Below, piece after piece: positions 17,543 through 25,979 of a stretch of DNA of 32,000 nucleotides (position 1 is its first letter; every line of letters begins with the position of its first letter). A program made the translations under genes and the position numbers. The stretch spans positions 300,001-332,000 of the forward strand of contig NC_000854.2 of assembly GCF_000011125.1 (NCBI RefSeq). Direction: 5' to 3'. This DNA is from Aeropyrum pernix K1 (GTDB lineage Archaea > Thermoproteota > Thermoprotei_A > Sulfolobales > Acidilobaceae). The notes beneath the pieces are model-generated. The model was not told where the DNA came from. It searched no databases and saw nothing but the letters and a program-made list of their open reading frames with translations.

Positions 17543-17637
17543 CCAGCCCAGCCCCCCGGGGGATCCCTGTGTTTAGACGCTTGAGGATGACGTGGTAAAA
17601 GCCTCTAAACGCCAGCGTCCTATATGGGTGTCTACTC

Positions 17638-18996
17638 GTGGCTGTTGATGCACCCCGGATAGTTGTGGAGCCCCCGGGCCCTAGGGCTAGGGAGGTCCTC
17701 GAGAGGGACGAGAGGGTTATAATGCAGTCTTTCACTCGCTGGTACCCCCTGGTTGTTAAACGTGGCTACGGGGCTGTGGTGGAGGATGTTGACGGCAACA
17801 GGTATATAGACTTCAACGCTGGTATAGCAGTGTTGAACGTGGGCCACAATCACCCTAGGGTTGTTGAGGCGGTTAAACGCCAGCTGGAGAGGTTCCTGCA
17901 CTATAGCCTGACGGACTTCTACTATGAGGAGGCCGTCTCCGCCGCGGAGAGGCTTGCCAGATCCGTCCCCATAAGCGGCGGGGCCAAGACGTTCTTCACC
18001 AACAGCGGGGCCGAGAGCATCGAGGCCTCCATAAAGGTTGTAAGGGCGTTCTTCAGGGGGACGAGGCCCTACATAATAAGCTTCCTCGGGGGCTTCCACG
18101 GGAGGACCTACGGGGCCATGAGCGCCTCAGCCAGCAAGCCGGTCCACAGGGCCAGGTTCTACCCCCTCGTCCCGGGCTTCATCCACGCCCCATACCCAGA
18201 CCCATACCGCTGCCCCTTCCCCGGCCTCGAGGGTGAAGCGTGTGGCGAGGCGGCTGTAAGCTATATAGAGGACTATATATTCTCGAAGCTGGTCGACCCG
18301 GGAGAGGTTGCCGCATTCCTCTTCGAGCCCATCCAGGGCGAGGGCGGCTACGTCGTCCCGCCCGACAGCTTCCTACCCTCGCTCCAGAAGCTGGCTAGGA
18401 AGCATGGGATACTGCTCATCGCGGACGAGGTTCAGACGGGCTTCGCGAGGACGGGCAGGATGTTCGCCGTGGAGCACTGGGGTGTGGAGCCAGATGTCAT
18501 GGCCCTAGCCAAAGCCATGGGAGGGGGGCTGCCGCTGGGGGCTGCGGTGGGGAGGAGCGAGGTGATGAGCCTCCCCCGCGGTAGCCACGCCAACACTTTC
18601 GGCGGCAACCCCGTCGCCCTCGCCGCCTTCAACGCGGTGATGGACGTTATAGAGGGCGAGAGGCTGTGGGAGAGGTCGCAGAGGCTGGGCGAGAAGGCGC
18701 TGAAGATACTGGGGGAGGCTGCCGAGGAGCTGAGTATAGTGGGCCATGTGAGGGGTAAGGGGCTAATGATAGGCGTTGAGCTGGTCAGGGACGAGAACAC
18801 CAGGGAGCCCCACAAGGAGGCCCTCGCCTGGGTGCTGGATAGGTCTTTCAAGAGGGGTCTTCTAGTGATAGGCGCGGGCGTCTCAGCCGTGAGGATAGCG
18901 CCCCCGCTCACCATCGAGGAGGAGCTCTTCGACCGGGGTCTGGAGATACTGGTGGAGGTCCTCAGGGAGGCCGACCGCCGCTTCTCCCAGGTCTAG
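17638..18996 (+). CDS. Class-III pyridoxal-phosphate aminotransferase (4-aminobutyrate/acetylornithine aminotransferase family)
   Basis: DGNRYIDFNAGIAVLNVGHNHP, FTNSGAESIEASIK, LIADEVQTGFARTGRMFA and the PLP-lysine context PDVMALAKAMGGGLPLG. Confidence 0.85.
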   Translation: MAVDAPRIVVEPPGPRAREVLERDERVIMQSFTRWYPLVVKRGYGAVVEDVDGNRYIDFNAGIAVLNVGHNHPRVVEAVKRQLERFLHYSLTDFYYEEAVSAAERLARSVPISGGAKTFFTNSGAESIEASIKVVRAFFRGTRPYIISFLGGFHGRTYGAMSASASKPVHRARFYPLVPGFIHAPYPDPYRCPFPGLEGEACGEAAVSYIEDYIFSKLVDPGEVAAFLFEPIQGEGGYVVPPDSFLPSLQKLARKHGILLIADEVQTGFARTGRMFAVEHWGVEPDVMALAKAMGGGLPLGAAVGRSEVMSLPRGSHANTFGGNPVALAAFNAVMDVIEGERLWERSQRLGEKALKILGEAAEELSIVGHVRGKGLMIGVELVRDENTREPHKEALAWVLDRSFKRGLLVIGAGVSAVRIAPPLTIEEELFDRGLEILVEVLREADRRFSQV

Positions 18997-19207
18997 ACCC
19001 CCCAGCAGCCTTCAGCACAACCTTCCCTCTGCTATAGTCTGGCACCTTCACTACAAGCCCCTTCCTGACGAGGCTCGCCACAGCCCTCCGAAGGGGCCTC
19101 CTATCACCGCTCCAGCCTAGCCTCTCCACAAGCTCCTCCATAGTCAGCCCACCGCTCTCCCCCAGTATCCTCAGTATCCTAGCCTCCAGCTCCCCCTCAC
19201 CCTGCAA
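18962..19207 (-). CDS. Small winged-helix DNA-binding protein
   Basis: 81 aa. ILRILGESGGLTMEELVERLGW...LRRAVASLVRKGLVVKV is wHTH-like. The 3' end overlaps the convergent aminotransferase by 35 nt. Confidence 0.5.
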   Translation of the reverse strand: MQGEGELEARILRILGESGGLTMEELVERLGWSGDRRPLRRAVASLVRKGLVVKVPDYSRGKVVLKAAGGSRPGRSGGRPP

Positions 19208-19259
19208 GGCGGTAGGACACCTCCCGGGCCACGTTTAAACCCGGGGGCGGCAGGGGTTA

Positions 19260-19475
19260 ATGTGTTGGATGGTGGCTATGGCCGGGCAGGGAAGGATTAG
19301 GCTGGCCTACAAGATTCTCTCCGTCGCCGTCGTCCTAGTCTCTCTGGCTTCCGTTGCGGGCAGCGTTTACGTCTACAGCCTGGGCTACGGGAGGAGATAC
19401 CTCCTTATGGCTGTCCTCTGGGCCGCCGTCCTCGCCTGGGCCCTCTCCGAGGCCTCCAGAGCCTTTAGGATGTAG
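19260..19475 (+). CDS. Possible small two-TM membrane protein
   Basis: 71 aa with two hydrophobic helices (ILSVAVVLVSLASVAGSVYVY; LLMAVLWAAVLAWAL). It overlaps the tail of the convergent wHTH ORF by 141 nt, so one of the two readings may be spurious. Confidence 0.3.
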   Translation: MCWMVAMAGQGRIRLAYKILSVAVVLVSLASVAGSVYVYSLGYGRRYLLMAVLWAAVLAWALSEASRAFRM

Positions 19476-19673
19476 CACCCTGTAGGTCCTCCTGCTATAC
19501 CTGGATACAACACCCTCCCTCTCGAGCCTAGCTAGTATCCTCCCTGCAGTCCAGCTAGTAACCCCAAGAAGCTCGCCCACCTCCCTCACGCTCACATACC
19601 TCCTCCCAGATCCTCTGAGTATGGCCGCCACAACCGCCAGCCTCACCTTCACCTTCATCTCTCCGCCCGACAC
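19335..19673 (-). CDS. Winged-helix transcriptional regulator-like protein
   Basis: AILRGSGRRYVSVREVGELLGVTSWTAGRILARLEREGVVSRYSRRTYRVL is a clear wHTH. The last 42 aa or so are low-complexity Gly/Pro/Glu, antisense to the membrane ORF. Confidence 0.6.
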   Translation of the reverse strand: MSGGEMKVKVRLAVVAAILRGSGRRYVSVREVGELLGVTSWTAGRILARLEREGVVSRYSRRTYRVLHPKGSGGLGEGPGEDGGPEDSHKEVSPPVAQAVDVNAARNGSQRD

Positions 19674-19708
19674 CAGGGGCCACCCATAAGCCTGGCTTAG
19701 AAAGCTTT

Positions 19709-20038
19709 TTGAGCCCGGGGGGAGGCGTAAGTGTGGGGGGACTGGTGGAGTTGGCCTCGAGGAAGGTGCTGAACAAGTATAAGATGCTTGTCGAGTCGCT
19801 AGGCCTGAAACAGCTTGACGTCTACCGCGTGGTACACGAGGGAAAGCCTGTCGACGTTATAAGGATCCAGGACCCCGCCTCGGGTAAGACCGCGTTAGTG
19901 GATCTAGGAACCACCAGGGAGTCCCTCACGCTGCAGGAGTTCGCCGAGAAGCTGCTCAAGGCGCTGGGAGAAAGCGGGATAACGGTGAGCGAGAGGCTGC
20001 TGCTGAGACTCAGGGGCAAGCTACTGGAGACAGGCTGA
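19709..20038 (+). CDS. Hypothetical protein (possibly starting at ATG 19784)
   Basis: ORF divergent from the wHTH gene. The internal MLVESLGLKQLDVYRVVHEGKPVDVIRIQDP looks like a natural N-terminus. No family recognised. Confidence 0.45.
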   Translation: MSPGGGVSVGGLVELASRKVLNKYKMLVESLGLKQLDVYRVVHEGKPVDVIRIQDPASGKTALVDLGTTRESLTLQEFAEKLLKALGESGITVSERLLLRLRGKLLETG

Positions 20039-20271
20039 GCTCCAGCACCGGGCGGGCGAGGCTCCAAGACCCCCATAACTAGCAGGCACCAGCCGGTTGC
20101 CCCCCTTCGAGGCAGCCATTAACCCTCAACCCTTACACAGTGTTTCTCCCAGGCCTGCGGGCCGCGTTAGACGGGCTACATATTGGCCGGCTAACCGTTT
20201 AAGCCGTGTTACACATTAATAAACTATAATATGGTCTACAGGGTCCCCGGCGGGGTACTGACCGGCGGCTG

Positions 20272-20703
20272 GTGGACATGCCCAGGAGGGGTGTTGGCTA
20301 CGAGAGGGAGCTCGCTAAGATACTCTGGGAGAGGGGATGGGCTGTTATACGGGGGCCTGCCAGCGGGGGCGGCTCCAGGTCTAGGGTTCAGCCTGACCTC
20401 GTGGCGGTGAGAGGCGGTGTCGTCCTCGTGTTCGAGATTAAGAAGGCCCGGGGGGAGACTGTCTACCTAGACCCCGGCCAGGTCCTGGGGCTTCTTGAGT
20501 GGGCTAGGAGGGCTGGTGGTGACGCGTGGATCGCCCTCAGGCTAGTCGGGAAGGGGTGGAGGTTCCATAGGGCGGATTCTCTGGAGCACACCAGGAGGGG
20601 CGGCTTCAAGATATCGAGGCCCGGGGGAGGGCTTAAGCTGAGGGACCTCCTCACGCTCTACGGAGGGGGGGTTAGGAGGATTGACAGCTATCTCGAGGGC
20701 TAG
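20272..20703 (+). CDS. hjc: Holliday junction resolvase Hjc
   Basis: GVGYERELAKILWERGWAVIRGPASGG...PDLVAVRGGVVLVFEIKK carries the archaeal Hjc E...D...ExK nuclease motif. Start is GTG 20272 or ATG 20278. Confidence 0.88.
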   Translation: MDMPRRGVGYERELAKILWERGWAVIRGPASGGGSRSRVQPDLVAVRGGVVLVFEIKKARGETVYLDPGQVLGLLEWARRAGGDAWIALRLVGKGWRFHRADSLEHTRRGGFKISRPGGGLKLRDLLTLYGGGVRRIDSYLEG

Positions 20704-22241
20704 AGGGGCATGAAGCGTATGTCGTAGCCGTGCTTCTCAGCAAGCTTCTTAGCCCTCTTAAGCCTCCTGGCGGTTACTCTGGAGGACCTGGGCGGGAGCC
20801 TGACTATCAGAGTCTCGTCCCTCACCTCCACCTCGGCGTCTGGGAGGAGCTTCCTTATGGCCCCTAGTATCGCCGCCTCGCCCCTCCCCCTCCTCTCCCT
20901 CACCGGGACTACCATGGTCTGCTCGCCGAAGGTGTAGATCTCGTACTCCAGCTCGCCCGTGATGAAGTCCCTTACCTCGACCACCGGCCTCGACAGCTCC
21001 GCCTCCCGCAGCCCTGTGGGGAGCTTGACGGTTATTGAGAGCTCGTACACCTTGGACACCTCTCCGGAGTCTATGAATATTACCGTGTCTATAATGCTGG
21101 GTATCATGCCCAGCTCCACCCTCCTGAGGAACCTCTGCACAGCGTCTATAGGCGTGGTGGCGTGTACAACACCTATCATGCCTATCCCGGCGAGCCTCAG
21201 GTCGACGTAGAGCTGGAAGTCCTCGTCGCTCCTCAGCTCGTCGTAGACCGTGTAGTCGGGCCTCGAGAGGAGGAGGATGTCGTGAAGCTCCCCGAGGTCG
21301 GCATAGTTCTTGGAGTACTGGGTCACGTTGGGGGGCAGCCTCATGTCCCTCGGGGACTCTATAGTCTTGACAACCTTGCCCTGCTCGGCGTAGAAGGTGG
21401 CTAGGGCCTGGGCGAACGTGGTCTTACCCATGCCAGGGGCGCCCGCTATCAGTATGCCCTCAGCCCTCTCCAGGAGCCTGTTGTAAAGCTTCTCCGGGAG
21501 GCTGTAGTCCTCGAGCCTCAGCTTGGCCACAGGCTTTACAGCGGTGACCTCCCACCCGTCGCTGAGGGGCGGCCTGGTTATGACTATCCTATAGTCCTTA
21601 AGCTGCACTATGGTGGAGCCGCTCCTGTCTATCTCTATGAAACCCTCCTCCTCAAGGGCGGAGGCCTCTATTATCTCCCTGGCTATCTCCTCGATCTCAG
21701 CCCTCGTCAGCGGCTTGTCCGAGAGGCTGACGAACATCCAGCTACCCGGCTTGCCGACCTTAGCCAGGGGCGGCACGCCCTCCTTAAGGTGGACGCTCAT
21801 AGTCCTCCCGTCGAAGAACTCCTCAATCCTTATCCTCCCGGTCCTGCTCCTCCCTGTGAATAAGACGCTTACACCCAGGGCCCTGGCGGCCCTGGCCTGT
21901 ACGGGATCGCTCGTGACCAGGGTTGCCCCGACCCTCAGGGCGTACCTCCTCAGGACGGACTTGAGCTCCCCCTCATCCCTAGGCTGCACCCTGGCATCGT
22001 CCTCCACCACGACAATCTCAACATCGCCGACGCCAGCGTCCATAAGCCTCGATAGCTCGGCGAGCCCCGCGTAACCGGCGCTCCTCCCCCTCTTCGCCTC
22101 GCTGTAGAGATAGTCCACCAACGCTGAGTGTATAAGAACCCTGCCCCTGAGCCCCCCCGAGGATATCATCCTGAGGGCGCTGCCGTCAACAACGCTGTCC
22201 AGGTCCAGCAGGTAAACCTCCCCGCCACCATACTCGGTCAT
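20700..22241 (-). CDS. PIN-domain / PilT-like ATPase / KH-domain protein (COG1855-type)
   Basis: N-terminal PIN-like region (YLLDLDSVVDG...TSDPVQARAA), Walker A ILIAGAPGMGKTTFAQALA, Walker B-like DILLLSRPDYTVYDELR, and a C-terminal KH-like region. Confidence 0.8.
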   Translation of the reverse strand: MTEYGGGEVYLLDLDSVVDGSALRMISSGGLRGRVLIHSALVDYLYSEAKRGRSAGYAGLAELSRLMDAGVGDVEIVVVEDDARVQPRDEGELKSVLRRYALRVGATLVTSDPVQARAARALGVSVLFTGRSRTGRIRIEEFFDGRTMSVHLKEGVPPLAKVGKPGSWMFVSLSDKPLTRAEIEEIAREIIEASALEEEGFIEIDRSGSTIVQLKDYRIVITRPPLSDGWEVTAVKPVAKLRLEDYSLPEKLYNRLLERAEGILIAGAPGMGKTTFAQALATFYAEQGKVVKTIESPRDMRLPPNVTQYSKNYADLGELHDILLLSRPDYTVYDELRSDEDFQLYVDLRLAGIGMIGVVHATTPIDAVQRFLRRVELGMIPSIIDTVIFIDSGEVSKVYELSITVKLPTGLREAELSRPVVEVRDFITGELEYEIYTFGEQTMVVPVRERRGRGEAAILGAIRKLLPDAEVEVRDETLIVRLPPRSSRVTARRLKRAKKLAEKHGYDIRFMPL

Positions 22242-22388
22242 AACACTATCCCCACTTAACCACTCACAGCGAGCCGAGGCCGCCCGGCATGGGGCCGCCC
22301 AAGCCCACTATTCTACATGGGCCGCCGGGTGGGGATAACGCTTTCAACCCGCACAGCCCACAACCAGGTAGCCGGGTGTACGCCCGGG

Positions 22389-23228
22389 ATGGTTGACATT
22401 CTCGTAACAGCATCGAGGATATACACGGGTAGGGAGGTCCTCGGCGAGGGCTATATATACGTGAGGGACGGTGTCGTCACAGCCCTGGGCGAGGGTATGC
22501 CGCCGGAGGACCTCACATACCCCACCATAACACTCGGCGGTAGGGGGAGGATCGCCGCTCCCGGCCTGGCTCTAGCGGCCGACGCGCCGGCATACCTACT
22601 CAGGTTCCTTAGGCCTAGTGTGGAGAGGAGGGTTGAACTCTACCGCGCCCTCGGGCATGACGCGGCCTTCACAAGCTCTCTCCCGGCCGTTTACGAGCTC
22701 CACCTCCACGGCGTCACCACCGTGTTCATAGAGTACATTACACCAGACCTGCCAGCCAAGCTGGCGGAGGCCGTGGGGGGTAGATACGGCCTCCTCCACC
22801 CGAGCTGCCCGGGCACCCCAGAGCCCGGCGGGAAGCCCCCCGCCCTTGCGGGTGTAGTGAGCAGGGGCTGCGGCGAGGGGGGTGCCCCGGGGTGGGCGTT
22901 GGAGAGTCTGCCGGTCTACAGGCCCTCAGCCCTGGAGAGGCCGTGGAGCCTCTCAGAGGAGCTTCGCAGGGAGGCGGGCTTGGGGGAGGGTGTTTTGAGG
23001 GAGGGCTCTACCGCGGAGATCGCGGTGTTCGACTCATCCCGCCCTCCGGGGATGCTGCTCGACAGGTACGAGCTGAGCCTCGACGCCCTCTACAGGCTGG
23101 GGCTGCAGGTTGAGTCTCTAGTCTCGGGCAGCGACATCCTGGTGGACGGCGGCGAGCACCTGTACATAGTGGAAAAGCATTTCAGCGAGGCCTATAGTCT
23201 CGCCTCCAGGCTTGCCGGGCTGCTGTGA
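22389..23228 (+). CDS. Amidohydrolase-fold-like protein apparently lacking the metal-binding HxH motif
   Basis: From ATG 22389, MVDILVTASRIYTGREVLGEGYIYVRDGVVTALGEG...GRIAAPGLALAADAP resembles the N-terminal beta-sandwich of amidohydrolases. Where PGxxDxHxH is expected it reads PGLALAADAP. The ORF track starts at 22317. Confidence 0.55.
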   Translation: MVDILVTASRIYTGREVLGEGYIYVRDGVVTALGEGMPPEDLTYPTITLGGRGRIAAPGLALAADAPAYLLRFLRPSVERRVELYRALGHDAAFTSSLPAVYELHLHGVTTVFIEYITPDLPAKLAEAVGGRYGLLHPSCPGTPEPGGKPPALAGVVSRGCGEGGAPGWALESLPVYRPSALERPWSLSEELRREAGLGEGVLREGSTAEIAVFDSSRPPGMLLDRYELSLDALYRLGLQVESLVSGSDILVDGGEHLYIVEKHFSEAYSLASRLAGLL

Positions 23229-23287
23229 GGTCGCCGATCGAGGACCTCCACATACACCCCCGGGGGGCTTCGGACCCTTTCACCCGC

Positions 23288-24526
23288 TCATCCCCTGAGC
23301 CCCAGCGTCTTTAGTATCGAGTGGAGACTTTCACCCTTAAGGTCGAACACTCTGGGTGGAGGTATGAATATGTCTCTCACCTTCTCGAACTCGCTTCTGA
23401 ACCCCTGTGGGGAGGCCCGTGGGTTGGGCGGCTGGTCTACCCCGCAGACCTCCACCTGCCTCCTCGCTATGTCGTAGAGGCCTATCTCCCTACTCTTCTC
23501 CACTATCTCATCCTTATCCATGCCGGCGAGGGGTCTCAGGACGGGTAGTTCGAGGCCGCTGCTTATCAGCCTCAGGTTCCTTACCGTCTGGCTCGCAACC
23601 TGGCCCACGCTCTCGCCCGTTACTAGGGCTTCGAACCCCTCCCTCGCAGCGAGGTCCTGGGCGTGGAGCAGCATGAGCCTCCTGAGGACTAGCGTTCTGT
23701 AGCTGGGCTTTACGAGGCCGTTGACTATGAGGGCCGCGCCCCGGAAGTTTACCACGTAGAGCCTGGGCCTGTACCCCCAGGCCCACTCTCCCGCGAGCGT
23801 CTTAGCACCCTCAACAGCGACCTCCAGAGCCTCTGGCACGCCGAAGTCGTAGAAGGCGAGGTGGACTGGCGAGCCACGCCGCATTATCATCCAGGCGGCC
23901 ACGCCTGAGTCGAAGCCCCCGCTGTATAGGGCTAGGCTGGGCTCCTCGCTCCCCACCGGCAGCCCCCCGGGGCCCGGGTTTATGGTGTCGAAGAAGTACG
24001 CCCGGCGGCCCCTAACCTCAACGTAAGCGGTGTACTCCGGCTTCTCCAGGTCTACACCGCCGGCCCCCCGCTCCAGTAGGAGCTTACCCAGTAGCCTCTC
24101 AACATCCTTGCTGGTGAACCCCTCGACACCACTCCTCCTAGCCCTAACCCTGAAAACCCTACCCCTAACCCTCTCCCCGAAGAACTCTGCAGCCTTCTCG
24201 GCCAGGTCCTCGATACCGCTGTACTCCACCTCAACCGCGGGGCTGACACTCTTAACCCCGAAAACCCTCGCAGAAGCCCTCGCAGCGGCAGCCGCGTCCC
24301 CAGGGCTGCGAAGCCTGACCAGCACCCTTCCCTGAAGCCTCTCCACCTCAGCCTCAACACCAGCGGCTGCCAGAGACTCCTCCAGAGCCCTGAGAAGGAG
24401 CCTCTCCATCCTAGACCTAGTGTACCCCCCCTTAACGGCTATCTCACTATACCTGACCAGCACCACATTATACTCCAAACAAAGCCACCCCCCGTGAACC
24501 CTAGGCTTTACCCAAGCTCCCTCCAC
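23288..24526 (-). CDS. thiI: tRNA 4-thiouridine synthase ThiI (THUMP + PP-loop ATPase)
   Basis: VLVRYSEIAVKGGYTRSRMERLL (ThiI N-terminus), a THUMP region and the PP-loop ALYSGGFDSGVAAW. Start is GTG 24526 (fits leaderless transcription from ttaatact at 24553-24560) or GTG 24466. Confidence 0.88.
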   Translation of the reverse strand: MEGAWVKPRVHGGWLCLEYNVVLVRYSEIAVKGGYTRSRMERLLLRALEESLAAAGVEAEVERLQGRVLVRLRSPGDAAAAARASARVFGVKSVSPAVEVEYSGIEDLAEKAAEFFGERVRGRVFRVRARRSGVEGFTSKDVERLLGKLLLERGAGGVDLEKPEYTAYVEVRGRRAYFFDTINPGPGGLPVGSEEPSLALYSGGFDSGVAAWMIMRRGSPVHLAFYDFGVPEALEVAVEGAKTLAGEWAWGYRPRLYVVNFRGAALIVNGLVKPSYRTLVLRRLMLLHAQDLAAREGFEALVTGESVGQVASQTVRNLRLISSGLELPVLRPLAGMDKDEIVEKSREIGLYDIARRQVEVCGVDQPPNPRASPQGFRSEFEKVRDIFIPPPRVFDLKGESLHSILKTLGLRG

Positions 24527-24596
24527 ACGACTATAGTGTAGTAGCCCCCGGGTTAATACTGCCCGAGGAGGGTGAGAGCGTAGCGGGGGCTGTTGG

Positions 24597-25049
24597 TTGG
24601 CTAGGGTGGTGTCGTTTAGATGGCTTGAGGGCTATGCTGTGGCTGAGGCTACTCCGGAGGGGGTTAGGCTTAGGTTCTCCAACCTCACTCTGGAGTTCGG
24701 CCTTAGGGAGGTTCTTGTCGAGGGCGTGTTTGAGGGCTACCGCGAGTACACGACGCCCCGGGGGGAGAGGAAGACTATTTATATAGACTTCGCCTTCCCG
24801 GCTCGGGGCGTGGCAGAGCCCCGGGGCGCCGTCTATAGTGGCAGGGCCGACGTCCCCCTGGGGGGGTACGGCCTCAGCTACACTAGCCTGGAGCCCTCCT
24901 CAGCCTACATAACCCTGTACCCCCCGCCCGGAGCCCTCTACGACTACGCCACCGTATCACCCGACCTGGCCGCCATCTTCACGGTGGGGAGGAGGCAGGT
25001 TTACATGATGAGGGAGGAGGGCTCGACGGTCAGGATAATACTGGTCTAG
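24597..25049 (+). CDS. Hypothetical protein
   Basis: 150-aa high-GC ORF, TTG start, beta-rich, no motif recognised. It is the last high-GC gene before the AT-rich segment. Confidence 0.45.
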   Translation: MARVVSFRWLEGYAVAEATPEGVRLRFSNLTLEFGLREVLVEGVFEGYREYTTPRGERKTIYIDFAFPARGVAEPRGAVYSGRADVPLGGYGLSYTSLEPSSAYITLYPPPGALYDYATVSPDLAAIFTVGRRQVYMMREEGSTVRIILV

Positions 25050-25140
25050 CTGTGTTAAAATCTCAACAGCTAAAAATAAGATAGAACATCTAAACTATAA
25101 AATCTCCACACCACTACAACAAATATCATGGTGACGAGCA

Positions 25141-25575
25141 GTGTCCGCAGGAAACCACCTAGAAGTGGACGTAACCTCGATCCCCGTAAAGCCCGCTAGC
25201 GCGAAAGAGGTAAGAGAGCTCGAGATAGCACTCATAATAGGCACCCTCCTAAGGCCAGACGTTATACAGGAGATACTACACCCCAGAGAATTCACAACCT
25301 GGGTAGACAGCCTCGCAGTAGCAGCGGGAGCACTGGCCAGGGAAAAAGCAGGATACACAGTCGCCAAAATAGCGGAGGAGCTGGGTAGGTCCGAAACAAC
25401 GATAAGAAACCACCTACAAGGCAAGACAAAAGCCGGACAGCTAGTAAGAGAAACCTACGATATGATAAAAACAGGGAAGCTAAAGATAACAATCCCAACA
25501 CCGGAATGCGAAGAAACAAAGAAAAAACTAGAAACAGTAAAAACAACACTAAAAGAACTACTGGAAAAACTATAA
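25141..25575 (+). CDS. HTH DNA-binding protein with atypical A-rich codon usage
   Basis: The helix-turn-helix GYTVAKIAEELGRSETTIRNHLQGKTKAG resembles sigma-70 region 4 / resolvase-type HTH, and the tail is Lys/Glu/Thr-rich and coiled. Codons are dominated by A-ending triplets, unlike neighbouring host genes. The start is uncertain (GTG 25141 or a later GTG). Confidence 0.6.
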   Translation: MSAGNHLEVDVTSIPVKPASAKEVRELEIALIIGTLLRPDVIQEILHPREFTTWVDSLAVAAGALAREKAGYTVAKIAEELGRSETTIRNHLQGKTKAGQLVRETYDMIKTGKLKITIPTPECEETKKKLETVKTTLKELLEKL

Positions 25576-25583
25576 CCCAAAAC

Positions 25584-25763
25584 TTTTCCCCTCTTCCGTG
25601 GGGATGTATATACGTTTTGATTGGGGTAGGGTTTATTAGGTTTGGTTGGGACCCCCTCTCCTGTTGTATATATTTTTGTGTGTGGTTGTTTTTGTATCTC
25701 AATGTTTTCCCCCCAATCTGGGGGAGTATATACTCTTACCTCGTGGGCAAAGCATATTAGGCC
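25584..25763. repeat. Three degenerate tandem units of exactly 60 bp (C-tract, G-tract, GTATATA box)
   Basis: GTATATA(C/T) starts at 25606, 25666 and 25726, so spacing is exactly 60 and 60. Units 1 and 3 share TTTTCCCC, TGGGG, GTATATAC and TATTAGG at matching offsets; unit 2 is more diverged (ACCCCCTCTCC...GTATATAT). Confidence 0.75.
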
Positions 25764-25979
25764 CTGTGTGAACCCCCCTTATGGCGAGGCCCCCGGCACA
25801 GGCCTGGGGGCCGGTGTGGTAAGCCCCGGGGGCCGGGGGTTTATCTATGTGATAGAGTTGGCTACGACCCCGCCCCCGGGATGGCGGGGTGTGGTATAGA
25901 ATATAGTATCGGGTGTAGACACTACAACACACCCCAACAAAACCCTGTGCAGAATCTCCGAGATAGAATTGCAAGAGCA

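Noticed and set aside
25292-25702. 136-aa minus-strand hydrophobic ORF
   Set aside because: It is antisense to the A-rich HTH gene. Its Leu/Phe richness is the expected artefact of translating a T-rich antisense strand.
25079-25968. Short words shared between the two ends of the AT-rich HTH segment (agatagaa, aatctcc, cactacaaca)
   Set aside because: They occur in the same orientation but in opposite order at the two ends, so they do not form direct or inverted terminal repeats. This is plausibly chance in A-rich sequence.
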